Assembly (NCBI RefSeq): GCF_018336915.1
Contig: NZ_CP064923.1
Coordinates: forward strand, 4,770,001 to 4,802,000
Source: Acaryochloris marina S15
Lineage (GTDB): Bacteria; Cyanobacteriota; Cyanobacteriia; Thermosynechococcales; Thermosynechococcaceae
Length of the DNA stretch: 32,000 bases
Reading direction: 5' to 3'
This document shows, in pieces, positions 1 through 9,648 of this stretch. How positions within the stretch are numbered: position 1 is the first letter of the stretch; the number at the start of each line of letters is the position of its first letter. The position numbers were made by a program, and so were the translations under genes. The notes beneath the pieces are model-generated. The model was not told where the DNA came from and did no database searches. It saw only the letters and a program-made list of their open reading frames with translations.

Positions 1-1
1 A

Positions 2-607
2 GCGATGACGACCTTGAGTAATGACGGTTTAACAGAAGAGTCACCCTGTCATCCTGACTCACCCTATGGCCGCAGCAAATGGCAGGCAGAGCAGGACTTG
101 ACGGCCCTTGCGCAACCCACCGAGATGCGGTGGACGATTTTGCGCCCGACATTGGTGTATGGTCCTCGCAATCCCGGCAATATGGAGCGATTGATCAAGC
201 TAGTCGATCAGGGATTACCTTTACCCTTTGGCTTAATTAAAAATCGTCGAAGCCTAGTGTACGTAGGCAATCTAGTCGAGGCCATTGTGATCAGCCTGGA
301 CAATCCAAAAGCGTTTAATCAAACCTTTCTGATCAGTGATGGGCTTACGATATCCACGGCTGAACTCATTCGTGCCATTGCCCTGGCGTTGCATCGTCCA
401 GCCCGATTGCTCCCCATTCCGCCGATATTGCTCAAACTCTTGGGCATACTAACCGGTAAAACTGATGCGGTCGATCGTCTTTTGGGCTCATTGGCGGTTG
501 ATAGTGATAAGATTTTCCAGACTTTAGATTGGACACCCCCCTACTCTATGGAACAAGGCCTCCTCGAAACTGCAGAATGGTATGCTCATGGCGCTTCCGA
601 AGCGTAA
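2..607 (+). CDS. NAD-dependent epimerase/dehydratase family protein, C-terminal part (5' end outside window)
   Basis: The frame is open from the window edge to the stop at 605-607. The translation contains the SDR catalytic Y-x-x-x-K (SPYGRSKWQAEQ) and the C-terminal half typical of extended-SDR sugar epimerases. A sugar-phosphate transferase gene follows directly. Confidence 0.8.
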   Translation, partial: AMTTLSNDGLTEESPCHPDSPYGRSKWQAEQDLTALAQPTEMRWTILRPTLVYGPRNPGNMERLIKLVDQGLPLPFGLIKNRRSLVYVGNLVEAIVISLDNPKAFNQTFLISDGLTISTAELIRAIALALHRPARLLPIPPILLKLLGILTGKTDAVDRLLGSLAVDSDKIFQTLDWTPPYSMEQGLLETAEWYAHGASEA

Positions 608-659
608 TTCACACCAATCGTCCTCAATGATCAGCGCTCAAGGGATTCACTAAGGATTC

Positions 660-1649
660 ATGGTCTTTATTGTTATTTGTTCTATAGTCAGCTGCATATT
701 CAGCATCCTTGGGGTTTACGCCTTAACCAAAACCCTCAAGCAGATATTGATAGATATCCCCAATGAGCGTAGCTCCCATACTCAACCGACTCCTAGAGGA
801 GGGGGGCTAGGATTTATTCTGGCTTTTGCCGTATCGGCCTACCTCAGCCAAACCTTATTCAATGATCCGCAGATTCCCTTTGCTTATCCCCTCTGGTTAC
901 CCTTGACCTTTTTAGTCGGGGTTGGCTGTATGGATGATTGGAAAAATTTGTCGTCGACGTTGAGATATGCGGTACAGCTCTTAGTCGCCTGCATGATTGT
1001 CTGGCAGGGCAATGCCTTTCCCCAGCCGTGGTTAGAGTCGTTGGGAACTGTTGGTTTTTTGGTTGCGATCGCAACCACAATCATCGGCCTGACCGCCTTG
1101 GTCAATTTCTATAATTTTATGGATGGCATGGATGGATTGGTCGGTGGGGTAAGCGCCGTCCAGTTAGGTTTTATGGCGGTTTGGTCTCAAGAGCCCGTTC
1201 TCTGGCTGCTGGTTTCGGCCTTGGTTGGATTTCTTTATTGGAATTGGTCTCCAGCCAAGATCTTTATGGGGGATGTGGGCAGCACCTTTCTGGGGGCGGT
1301 GATGGCAATTACGCTACTTAACCAAACGGGCACTGTAGAAGAGAGTTGGGCCGCTTTGGCCATTACCCTACCAATTACAGGGGATGCCATTTACACCCTG
1401 TGCTGTCGGACCCTTCGTGGTGAAAATATTTTCAAAGCCCATCGGAGTCATGTGTATCAGCGACTGAATCAAGCTGGTTGGAGTCACGGCAAGGTGGCAG
1501 CCCTGTATGTAGGTGTAACAGTTGTATTGGCCCTGCTCATCTATGGCTATGGCGGCTTGGGGGCCTGGATCAGTTTGCTGGGCGTTGCCGTCTCAATTCT
1601 CATTGCTGAACGATATCTGAGTACTCGTAAGCAACCCCTCAACCATTAA
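660..1649 (+). CDS. Glycosyltransferase family 4 / MraY-WecA-like polyprenyl-phosphate HexNAc-1-phosphate transferase
   Basis: 329-aa polytopic membrane protein with the family motifs NFYNFMDGMDGL and IFMGDVGSTFLG. It sits next to an epimerase gene. Confidence 0.85.
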   Translation: MVFIVICSIVSCIFSILGVYALTKTLKQILIDIPNERSSHTQPTPRGGGLGFILAFAVSAYLSQTLFNDPQIPFAYPLWLPLTFLVGVGCMDDWKNLSSTLRYAVQLLVACMIVWQGNAFPQPWLESLGTVGFLVAIATTIIGLTALVNFYNFMDGMDGLVGGVSAVQLGFMAVWSQEPVLWLLVSALVGFLYWNWSPAKIFMGDVGSTFLGAVMAITLLNQTGTVEESWAALAITLPITGDAIYTLCCRTLRGENIFKAHRSHVYQRLNQAGWSHGKVAALYVGVTVVLALLIYGYGGLGAWISLLGVAVSILIAERYLSTRKQPLNH

Positions 1650-1653
1650 ATCT

Positions 1654-2976
1654 CTACAAAACACGCAGCAGACTGGGAATAGAGTCAATAGCTGCCATTT
1701 GGCGAATTTCATCTAAAGCTCGATGAAAATTACCTTCCTGGACATCGTGGGTGACCACCACAATTTCTGCCAGCTCAGCTTTGATACCCGTTTGCACAAT
1801 AGATTCTAAACTCACCCCATGATTACCAAAGACGGTGCCCAACTTGCCGATCACTCCGGGATGATCCTTGGTTAAGAATCGAGCATAGAAGCGGGTGACC
1901 AAGTCATTCATGGGAGCAATATTGCAGTAATGCTGATGAGAACAGGCCAGCAACGGGTGAATACGAGAGGTTTCCGGATCGTTCGCCACAATGCCCGTTT
2001 TCAGCAAGGCCGCAATATTAATTAAGTCGGCAACCACAGCACTGGCAGTCGGACCAGCGCCAGCCCCTGGCCCAAAGAACATCACCTGGCCCAACGGCTC
2101 GGCTTCGATCAGCAAAGCGTTAAAGACATCATTCACATTAGCAAGAGGATGATCGAGGGGGACCAATGTGGGATGAACTCGGGCTTCTAATTGAGGCGGA
2201 GGAAGCTCTGCAGTTGTTGGAGGCACTTTTGCGATCGCAAGTAGTTTGATCACAAATCCCAAGTTCTTGGCATAGTTAATATCCGCTGCACTCACCTGGC
2301 GGATGCCTTCCCGATGGACCTGCTCAAGATCTATCCGTCCTCCAAAGGCTAGGGATGCCAGAATAGCAATTTTATCGCCTGCATCTAAGCCATCGACGTC
2401 AGCAGTTGGATCAGCTTCGGCATACCCGAGATCTTGGGCTTCAGCCAGCACATCATCAAAGGCTGCCCCCGATTGCTGCATCTTGGTCAGAATATAGTTG
2501 GTGGTGCCGTTGAGAATACCGATCAGGGTATGGATCCGATTGGCTCCAAGGGATTCCTTCAGAGGTTGAATCACTGGAATGCCACCTGCCACCGCCGCCT
2601 CAATCATGACGTAGACACTTGCTTGAGTCGCAGCTTGAAAAATTTCTTCGCCATAGCGGGCAATCACCGCTTTGTTAGCAGTGACGACATGTTTGCCCTG
2701 AGCAATGGCTTCTAGAATAAGGGTTCGAGCCGGTTCGAGGCCGCCAATCACTTCAACCACAATGTCGATGGCAGGGTCATTGACGATGGCTCTCAGATCA
2801 GTCGTGAGCACCTCAGCAGGTAGATTCAGGCTGCGCGCTTTCTCTAAAGACCGCACCCCAACTTTGGCAATTTCAATCTCTTGCAAGAGGGGATGTCGGC
2901 CTTTGGGACTCGCAAAGATCTCGCCCACTCCTGTACCTACGGTTCCTAATCCAAGTAAGCCAATTTTGAAACCCAC
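1654..2976 (-). CDS. hom: Homoserine dehydrogenase
   Basis: 440 aa with an N-terminal Rossmann motif (IGLLGLGTVGTG), central catalytic-domain motifs (ILNGTTNYIL, GYAEADPTADVDG.DAGDK) and a C-terminal ACT-like domain. Confidence 0.95.
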   Translation of the reverse strand: MGFKIGLLGLGTVGTGVGEIFASPKGRHPLLQEIEIAKVGVRSLEKARSLNLPAEVLTTDLRAIVNDPAIDIVVEVIGGLEPARTLILEAIAQGKHVVTANKAVIARYGEEIFQAATQASVYVMIEAAVAGGIPVIQPLKESLGANRIHTLIGILNGTTNYILTKMQQSGAAFDDVLAEAQDLGYAEADPTADVDGLDAGDKIAILASLAFGGRIDLEQVHREGIRQVSAADINYAKNLGFVIKLLAIAKVPPTTAELPPPQLEARVHPTLVPLDHPLANVNDVFNALLIEAEPLGQVMFFGPGAGAGPTASAVVADLINIAALLKTGIVANDPETSRIHPLLACSHQHYCNIAPMNDLVTRFYARFLTKDHPGVIGKLGTVFGNHGVSLESIVQTGIKAELAEIVVVTHDVQEGNFHRALDEIRQMAAIDSIPSLLRVL

Positions 2977-3029
2977 GGTTCTGCCCCATCTCGATCACAA
3001 ACCTTATTGTGACATTCAGATTCAAGTCT

Positions 3030-3689
3030 TCAACAAGATGTAGGGAAAATTTGCGGGACTTGCAATCTATTGGCAGTTTCCAAATCCTGAACTGGATAAG
3101 GGGATTCAGCAGGCGTTAGGAGGGCTTCGTAGTTGCCAGACACCACATGCTGCCGCTGCTCTGCCACGAAGTCTGAAATATCTTCAATGTCGATAATCCA
3201 CTCTTGGGCATAGCAGCGAATCGCTTCTCCTCGAAGGCCCAATTGAATCGCTCGCCGTTCCAGCTTATTACCCCCTGGATGATGATCCGGGTCCCACTGC
3301 AAACGCACATCAGAGGTTTGGACCGCCTTTTGCCAAGATTCTTGACTCTCATATAGTCCAGATTGAAAGGATGAATGGACGGCCTGGGCCAAAATCGAGT
3401 CAAAGGCAGCTCGGTGTAGACGAATGGCCAGAATAACTTCTTGGCCTTGCTTAGCACCCCAGCCAGAGCGATACATCATCCACAAAAAGTTGGGCTTAAT
3501 CCACGTCATCCGTGAAAGCTTAAATTCCCCCCCAAAGTAACCCTGTTGAGCAGCAAAATCACCAATGGCAGGTCGATAGGCCTGGTACACGACGATTGAG
3601 TCAGCATCATACTGGGCTAGAATCACTCGTCCTCGCTGGAGCCAGCGGTCTTTTTGGTGGAGATAGGGTTCGGTCTTGATGGTGGACAT
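3030..3689 (-). CDS. DUF4291 domain-containing protein
   Basis: 219 aa. It has the block YQAY...RMTWIKPNFLWMMYRSGWGAKQGQE..LAIRL, which I recognise as the DUF4291 signature. Confidence 0.8.
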   Translation of the reverse strand: MSTIKTEPYLHQKDRWLQRGRVILAQYDADSIVVYQAYRPAIGDFAAQQGYFGGEFKLSRMTWIKPNFLWMMYRSGWGAKQGQEVILAIRLHRAAFDSILAQAVHSSFQSGLYESQESWQKAVQTSDVRLQWDPDHHPGGNKLERRAIQLGLRGEAIRCYAQEWIIDIEDISDFVAEQRQHVVSGNYEALLTPAESPYPVQDLETANRLQVPQIFPTSC

Positions 3690-3783
3690 ACAATTGAATC
3701 AGGAGATACTTTTCGGATGTGTAGCATATTGTAGTATATTCAATTTCCTGACCTACTGTCCATTCATGTCAATTGATGCAGTT

Positions 3784-4227
3784 TTAAAAGTCTCCACTCT
3801 TCTCCTCTGCCAAGTGGAAGGAATACATCACAAAATCCTCAGCTTTTCCTGCAACGGACTGATACAACCTCCGAGCCGGTTGATTCTCCAACTCAGTACC
3901 CACCCACGCTTCTTGACAGCCTAACTCTTGCCCCAAAGCAAATAGGGTCTGCAACAACCGCCTTCCAATGCCTTGTCTTTGATAACTCGACGACACACCC
4001 ACTTCATTAATCCAGAGTTGAATGGGCTTATCAGGATGGAAATACGTCACTGCTGAAGCCATCCCCACCACTCGCTGACCATCACAGGCCACTGCCAGAT
4101 GATGGCGAGGATCGGCTAAAAATGCTGCACTCCATTCTCGGTTCAGCTGATAGTCAAAAACATCCGGTGCCACACAATCTAGGACATGGAGCTGATCAGG
4201 TTGAAGAATGCGAATGACGATTGTCAT
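3784..4227 (-). CDS. GNAT family N-acetyltransferase
   Basis: 147 aa with the acetyl-CoA binding motif A (YQRQGIGRRLLQ) in the expected position. Confidence 0.85.
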   Translation of the reverse strand: MTIVIRILQPDQLHVLDCVAPDVFDYQLNREWSAAFLADPRHHLAVACDGQRVVGMASAVTYFHPDKPIQLWINEVGVSSSYQRQGIGRRLLQTLFALGQELGCQEAWVGTELENQPARRLYQSVAGKAEDFVMYSFHLAEEKSGDF

Positions 4228-4267
4228 GGCCCATCCCTCCGTAAGTATAAGAACTTAGCCTAGCTCA

Positions 4268-4579
4268 ATGGTAGCGTGGGCCTACTGTCCAGATGAGGGG
4301 ATATCAGTCATAGCCAAATTGAAAGAAGCCGTGCTAGCCTGTGAAAAAGATTTTGCATCTTACTTTTATAACAACGACGATGAATTACAGCTCGTTCTAC
4401 AACGGATTGATTATTACCGCCATTCCTTAATCAGTGGTGGGTTCAACGTCGCATTCAATCATTTAGAAACCCGCCTCAAGGCGGTTTTTTTATGGGCCTG
4501 CTTTGAGGCAACTCAGGAGGTCAATCATGAAAAAAGTCGCAGTCTTTGGCAATACCGGTGGAGGGAAATCCACCCTTAG
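4268..4579 (+). CDS. Hypothetical protein (doubtful ORF)
   Basis: 103-aa ORF with no recognisable motif. It contains a terminator-like hairpin plus T-run at 4471-4491 and overlaps the next gene by about 50 nt in another frame. Confidence 0.25.
   Translation: MVAWAYCPDEGISVIAKLKEAVLACEKDFASYFYNNDDELQLVLQRIDYYRHSLISGGFNVAFNHLETRLKAVFLWACFEATQEVNHEKSRSLWQYRWREIHP
4471..4491 (+). terminator. Intrinsic-terminator-like hairpin (CCGCC-TCAA-GGCGG) followed by T7
   Basis: Read directly: 5-bp GC stem at 4471-4475/4480-4484, 4-nt loop, then TTTTTTT at 4485-4491. It lies 36 nt upstream of the ATG at 4527. Confidence 0.4.
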
Positions 4580-5045
4580 CGCTCAATTAGCAGAGGTAAC
4601 GGGTTTACCCCTCTATGTCTTAGACAAAATCCAATACAAAGCCGGAGGCGAAAAGGTATCACAATCCGTTTATCGGGCCACTCATGATCAGATCCTGCGA
4701 GAAGAAGCCTGGGTGATCGATGGATTTGGCTGTATAGAGACCTTATGGGAACGACTCAAGACTGCAGACACCCTGGTCTATCTCGATTTGCCGTTGTATA
4801 TCCATTTTGCCTGGGTGACCAAACGGATGATCACGGGATTTGTGCAACTGCCTTCAGGCTGGCCTGAGGGAAGCCCCATCCTTAAAAGCAGCCTGAATAG
4901 TTATCGGACATTGTGGCTATGCTATCGGTATTTGACACCGCGATATCGCGATTTTGTGGGCCAAGCCAGGGAGACTCAAACGGTGTATCACCTCAGATCA
5001 GTTCCTGATATCTCGCAGTTTTTAACCACATTGGCCAATGCATAA
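4527..5045 (+). CDS. P-loop NTPase, adenylate-kinase / topology-modulation (FlaR)-like
   Basis: Walker A motif VAVFGNTGGGKST sits at the N-terminus. The start was moved from the track's 4503 to the ATG at 4527, which is preceded by AGGAGG (4515-4520). Confidence 0.8.
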   Translation: MKKVAVFGNTGGGKSTLSAQLAEVTGLPLYVLDKIQYKAGGEKVSQSVYRATHDQILREEAWVIDGFGCIETLWERLKTADTLVYLDLPLYIHFAWVTKRMITGFVQLPSGWPEGSPILKSSLNSYRTLWLCYRYLTPRYRDFVGQARETQTVYHLRSVPDISQFLTTLANA

Positions 5046-5217
5046 GTCGTGCAGGGGAGTGGCCATGGGGTTCCAGCATAGACGAGCCAGCCAATATTGC
5101 TCAATCAGCTGTCTCGTCTCGCTTAGAAACTACATGCCATTCTCAAAACTGATCGTTACACCTGTATCCGGTATATCCTGTTAAATTGTCGGTATCGCGC
5201 AGCGGAATAGTTAAGAC

Positions 5218-6492
5218 GTGATTGATTTAAAGCAGCTAAGGGATAATCCTGAAGCCTTTGCAGAACGCCTCAGTCGGCGAGGTGACTATGATTTGCAAGC
5301 TATTTTGGACCTGGATCAAAAACAGCGCGAACTAGAAACCGAGCGATCGCAACTGCAAGCCCAAAGTAACCAAATTGGCAAAACCATTGGTGAACGGATG
5401 AAAGGGGGTGCCAATCCCAAAGATCCAGAAATCCAAGACCTACGGCAGGAAGGCAGTAGTGTCAAAGCAACCCTGAGCGATCTAGAACCGAAAGAGCGGG
5501 ATCTCAAAGCCCAAATTGGGGAGCTACTGCTGACGATCCCGAATTTACCCAGTGACGATACACCAGTGGGTAAAGATGAAACCGCCAATGTAAAAGTGAA
5601 GCAGTGGGGAGATGAATACATTCCCAAAAACGCCAAACTGGCCCATTGGGAGATTGGCGAAAATCTAGGGATTTTGAACTTTGAGCGCTCTGTCAAAATT
5701 GCTCAAAGTCGATTTGTCACGCTGATTGGGGCAGGGGCTGCCCTTGAACGCGCCCTGATTCAATTCATGCTGGACCAGCAGGTGGAAGCGGGCTATATCG
5801 AAGTGTTACCACCCGTTCTAGTCAACAGTGACTCGTTAACAGCCACCGGACAACTTCCCAAGTTTGCCGAAGAAAGCTTCAAATGTGCTGAGGATGATTT
5901 GTGGCTCAGCCCGACGGCTGAAGTCCCCGTCACTAACCTCTATCGGGATGAGATTCTCAACGCCGATGATCTGCCTATTTTTCACTGCGCCTATACTCCT
6001 TGTTTTCGCCGGGAAGCGGGGAGCTATGGTCGCGATACTCGGGGACTGATTCGACTCCACCAGTTTAATAAGGTGGAATTGGTCAAGCTGGTTCATCCCA
6101 GTACCTCTGCTGCCGAACATGAAGCCCTGGTCAAAAATGCAGCTGCTATCCTCGAAGCATTGAAGCTTCCTTACCGGGTCTTACAGCTCTGTACTGGGGA
6201 TTTAGGATTCTCTGCAGCTAAATGCTATGACCTAGAAGTGTGGCTACCCTCGGCTGATTGTTATCGAGAGATTTCGAGCTGCTCCAACTTCCAGGACTTC
6301 CAAGCTAGACGCGGAAATATCCGCTTTAAGGAATCCGGACAGAAAGGAACCCAGTTTGTCCATACTCTCAATGGTTCAGGATTGGCCATCGGTCGCACGA
6401 TGGCTGCCGTGCTCGAAAATTATCAACAGCCAGATGGATCTGTGCAGGTGCCAGAGGTCTTGCAACCCTATTTGAAACGCAAAGTCTTGTAA
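5218..6492 (+). CDS. serS: Seryl-tRNA synthetase
   Basis: 424 aa with an N-terminal coiled-coil tRNA-binding arm and class II motifs ([33 protein letters not shown]). GTG start. Confidence 0.97.
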   Translation: MIDLKQLRDNPEAFAERLSRRGDYDLQAILDLDQKQRELETERSQLQAQSNQIGKTIGERMKGGANPKDPEIQDLRQEGSSVKATLSDLEPKERDLKAQIGELLLTIPNLPSDDTPVGKDETANVKVKQWGDEYIPKNAKLAHWEIGENLGILNFERSVKIAQSRFVTLIGAGAALERALIQFMLDQQVEAGYIEVLPPVLVNSDSLTATGQLPKFAEESFKCAEDDLWLSPTAEVPVTNLYRDEILNADDLPIFHCAYTPCFRREAGSYGRDTRGLIRLHQFNKVELVKLVHPSTSAAEHEALVKNAAAILEALKLPYRVLQLCTGDLGFSAAKCYDLEVWLPSADCYREISSCSNFQDFQARRGNIRFKESGQKGTQFVHTLNGSGLAIGRTMAAVLENYQQPDGSVQVPEVLQPYLKRKVL

Positions 6493-6742
6493 ACTGCCGA
6501 AGCGACGGACCTTCTACAATAGGTGGGACACTGACAGGGGAGTCTCTATCTGTAAGCAATCTCTTGTTTGAGTCAGAGGTTTGCCGTTAGCGACCTCAAT
6601 GTCGACCTGCTGCAAACGAGTCAATATTGCTAGAGATATTTGAGAGAACTGTCGTTCTAATACTGTGGGGATCAGTGCAGGTATCTGACCATTGAGCCGT
6701 CTCTTTTCTAGCCCAAGTTCAGTAAAGGGAGAATAATTTTCT

Positions 6743-7690
6743 ATGCGTCTGAATCGTGTCCTAGCCTTAGCGTTAGTGACTTTATGTTTAATTGCAGCCT
6801 TAGGAAACTGGTTAGGCGGATCGATTAACAAAAGCAAAGCCAAAGGCTCTGCTAATGTCGCCCAAATCAATGTTTATGGTGTGATTAGCGATGAAGCCTC
6901 TGGCGGTCCTTTCAGTTCTGGAGAAGGGGCCAACGCCAATAAGTTGATCAGCAATATTAAGAAAGCGAGGGAGGATGATGGAATTAAAGCCATTCTGCTC
7001 CGGATTAACAGTCCTGGCGGCACGGCTGCAGCCTCTCAAGCTGTATATGAAGAGCTGATGCGAACCCGTCAAGAAACGGATATCAAAATTGTCGCTAGCT
7101 TGGGGGATGTTGCCGCCTCAGGGGGATATTACATTGCCAGTGCGGCCGATCATATTGTTGCTAATCCCTCTTCGATCACAGGATCCATTGGGGTGATTGT
7201 GCAAACCCAAAATGTGACGTCTCTCCTCGATAAGATTGGGGTCCAAACCAGCACGATTAAAAGTGGCCCCTTGAAAGATATTTTGTCGCCGTTCCGGGAA
7301 ACTAAGCCAGAAGAGCGCAAAATATTGCAGTCGGTAGTAGATGAGTCCTATAAGCAGTTTCTAGATGCCATCGTGGCTGGACGGGGCATGTCCCTGGAGA
7401 AATTAAAGCCTTTGGCAGATGGTCGAATTTACACTGGGACCCAGGCAAAAGACAAAAAGCTCGTGGATTCCCTCGGAAATTACTACGATGCGTTGAACAA
7501 GACGGCTGAACTAGCCAAAATTTCCGGTGAACCGAAGGTACGGGATTTTGGCAAAGGCAGTTTCTTTGGGGATTTCGGTCCGTTTCTATCCACGTCTAAT
7601 CAACAACTCCCCCAGCTAACGACGGAATGGCTCTCTTCAGAATCCCAATTGCCCCGTTGGCATAAGATTCCGCTGACGATCATGGAGTAA
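6743..7690 (+). CDS. sppA: Signal peptide peptidase SppA, 36K type
   Basis: 315 aa with an N-terminal signal anchor and S49 peptidase motifs (INSPGG, AASGGYYIA, GSIGV). RBS-like GGGAGA lies upstream. Confidence 0.9.
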   Translation: MRLNRVLALALVTLCLIAALGNWLGGSINKSKAKGSANVAQINVYGVISDEASGGPFSSGEGANANKLISNIKKAREDDGIKAILLRINSPGGTAAASQAVYEELMRTRQETDIKIVASLGDVAASGGYYIASAADHIVANPSSITGSIGVIVQTQNVTSLLDKIGVQTSTIKSGPLKDILSPFRETKPEERKILQSVVDESYKQFLDAIVAGRGMSLEKLKPLADGRIYTGTQAKDKKLVDSLGNYYDALNKTAELAKISGEPKVRDFGKGSFFGDFGPFLSTSNQQLPQLTTEWLSSESQLPRWHKIPLTIME

Positions 7691-7693
7691 GCG

Positions 7694-8227
7694 ATGCTAG
7701 ATGCCCTGTTTACAACCTTCTTTGGTTCTCAATCTTCCCGCAATACTCAATCTGTCTCGATCCTGATTGGCTTTGTACTCCTCAGTATTCTGTCCTTGAA
7801 TGCAGCAGGAAAAGTAGGGGCAGGCATTGGGGGGGTAATTATTTTCTTCCTGCTGTTTTTAGTGGCGGGTCTATTAGGTGGACTTTGGTTAGCCGCCGCC
7901 TTTAACTTTTTTGCTCAACTCTTAGGGGGACAAGGCACGGCCCAAGATAGCTTACGGGCCGTGCTGCTTGGCCTATGGCCGTTGATGGTATCTGGACCTG
8001 CGATCGCAGCGTCGCAGTGGCCCGGTATTGCAGGTCAATTTTTAGGTCTGTTACTGGGGCTAGTCGTCCTGATCGGCACTTTGCTCACCCTAACCCGATC
8101 CATTGGCCAAGCCCATCAACTGAAGTGGGGTAAGGCCTTATTGACGGTTGCCTTAACGGCTGTAAGCTCTATGCTGGCTTGGTTAGGGTTAATTCTCTGG
8201 CCCCTCGTTTTGGTCTTGGGCTTGTAG
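7694..8227 (+). CDS. Hypothetical integral membrane protein
   Basis: 177 aa with about 5 hydrophobic segments. It starts 3 nt after the sppA stop, so it is probably co-transcribed, and is followed by a strong terminator. Confidence 0.7.
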   Translation: MLDALFTTFFGSQSSRNTQSVSILIGFVLLSILSLNAAGKVGAGIGGVIIFFLLFLVAGLLGGLWLAAAFNFFAQLLGGQGTAQDSLRAVLLGLWPLMVSGPAIAASQWPGIAGQFLGLLLGLVVLIGTLLTLTRSIGQAHQLKWGKALLTVALTAVSSMLAWLGLILWPLVLVLGL

Positions 8228-8256
8228 TGTTGATGCAATCACATCAACACTTTTTC
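8227..8256 (+). terminator. Rho-independent terminator
   Basis: Perfect 9-bp stem GTGTTGATG / CATCAACAC (8227-8235 / 8242-8250), 6-nt loop, then TTTTT. It overlaps the last base (G8227) of the TAG stop of the upstream gene. Confidence 0.7.
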
Positions 8257-8422
8257 ATCGACTGCAATAATTCATAACGAAATTCGCTTCTTTTTTAATA
8301 AAAAGATACTGATCCCAGGCATTTTTCAGTGCATCTACCCAGGCGATTTTGATAGCATTTTGGAAACAATGGAATTAAGCAATTAGTTCTTTTGAACAGT
8401 CACAACCACGCAGGGCTACATC

Positions 8423-8542
8423 ATGTTTCAAGAGCCAACCAGCACAATGTTTTGGACCATCATGGTCTGTGAATTCTTGGCCGCTTTCGGTTTAATTACC
8501 TACCTCGTTCAAGGGGAAAAGCGCCACAACAAACCTCAGTAA
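8423..8542 (+). CDS. Candidate small single-TM protein (39 aa)
   Basis: ATG...TAA ORF encoding MFQEPTSTMFWTIMVCEFLAAFGLITYLVQGEKRHNKPQ, which has one hydrophobic helix and a basic tail. It lies in a 470-bp intergenic gap and has a hairpin plus T-run about 55 nt downstream. It is below the ORF-track size cut-off. Confidence 0.35.
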   Translation: MFQEPTSTMFWTIMVCEFLAAFGLITYLVQGEKRHNKPQ

Positions 8543-8597
8543 TTATTGCTTTTATTTGCAGCAAGCAACTTTCAACAAACCTCCTAAATTAACCAAC

Positions 8598-8628
8598 AGC
8601 AGCCCAGCGTCAACTGTGCTGCTTTTTT
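8598..8628 (+). terminator. Terminator-like hairpin plus T6
   Basis: AGCAGC (8598-8603) pairs with GCTGCT (8618-8623). The loop is 14 nt and the right arm runs into TTTTTT (8623-8628). Confidence 0.45.
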
Positions 8629-8696
8629 CATGGTTACAGAACTCCTAGGTCTCGCTGGTGGATATACCGCGAGTACCCAAGCAGCCTACGGATGCT

Positions 8697-9575
8697 TTAA
8701 CCCACTCGGTAAGCTTTCGGTGTAATGCCCGTCAATTGTCGAAATTGCTTACTCAAATGGCTATGGCTACTGAAGCCGCATTCCAAAGCGATTTCGATAA
8801 TGGGCTGGTTTGTTTGTTTCAAAAGCTGCTTCGCCCGTTCTACCCGCTGCTGAAGCAAATATTGAAACGGGGATAGCCCCATGGACTGTTTGAACAGGCG
8901 ACTGAAATGAAATTGGCTCATATCCAGCAATTGAGCTAACTCAGCTAGCTTGAGATCTTGGTCTAAATGGGCATCCACAAAATCGAGCACCTGTAAAAGC
9001 TGACGCTGGGGAATGCCGCCCTCATACACAGGTAAATGAGGCTGGAGAGTAGCATGCTGCCTGAGCAACTGCACCACCAATACGTTTGCCAACGAGTCGA
9101 TATACAGTCTACTACCCGTGCCCTGTTGGCACTCCGTCAGTAGCATCATGGCGATGGCTTCAACTTGGGGATCACGGATCCGAAAGCCAGGGATTAGGGA
9201 CATGCGATCGCAATCTTGTTTCAGGGTTTCCTGGGCAATACTGCGGACAAGCCGATCAGTAAGCCTCACTTCTAAACAATGTTCATGCCCTTCCCACCGG
9301 GCGAAAAACGGAGAGCCAGCGGGTGCAAGGGAGAACTCCCCTTTCTGAATCAGTCCTGTGAATTTGTTGCCGTCTTGGGATTGGACATAGTGAAGCGGCC
9401 GGGGTGCCAATGACATAAACAGGGTATGTTCTGCTTCAAAATGGCACTGACCTTCTCCCGGTGAGTTCTGAAATTGCTGGACATGGACATGCTCCCAATC
9501 TTGCTCTGAGCTTGGCAAATTGAGATAGGCAGTGACAGCAGTCTGTTGCGGTGCTGTTGTTTCCACGATATCCAA
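8697..9575 (-). CDS. AraC family transcriptional regulator
   Basis: 292 aa. The C-terminal double HTH (LAELAQLLDMSQFHFSRLFKQSMGLSPFQYLLQQRVERAKQLL...IALECGFSSHSHLSKQFRQLTGITP) follows an N-terminal ligand-binding-type domain. Confidence 0.9.
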   Translation of the reverse strand: MDIVETTAPQQTAVTAYLNLPSSEQDWEHVHVQQFQNSPGEGQCHFEAEHTLFMSLAPRPLHYVQSQDGNKFTGLIQKGEFSLAPAGSPFFARWEGHEHCLEVRLTDRLVRSIAQETLKQDCDRMSLIPGFRIRDPQVEAIAMMLLTECQQGTGSRLYIDSLANVLVVQLLRQHATLQPHLPVYEGGIPQRQLLQVLDFVDAHLDQDLKLAELAQLLDMSQFHFSRLFKQSMGLSPFQYLLQQRVERAKQLLKQTNQPIIEIALECGFSSHSHLSKQFRQLTGITPKAYRVG

Positions 9576-9648
9576 CCCATTCGGCTAATTGCAACTATAC
9601 AATTCCACCCTATCCAGGTGAGTGAAACTGCTTACAGAATTTAGTGTC

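Noticed and set aside
859-1105. Two 73-aa minus-strand ORFs inside the glycosyltransferase gene
   Set aside because: They are antisense shadow ORFs wholly contained in a well-supported 329-aa gene, with no motifs.
2303-3043. Three plus-strand ORFs (64, 93 and 112 aa) antisense to hom
   Set aside because: They are shadow ORFs within a high-confidence homoserine dehydrogenase gene, and their products have low-complexity Ala/Ser/Arg/Pro-rich composition.
6514-6870. 118-aa minus-strand ORF in the serS-sppA gap
   Set aside because: It overlaps the well-supported sppA start by ~130 nt, has no recognisable motif or RBS, and is probably spurious. The 250-bp gap showed no convincing RNA structure either.
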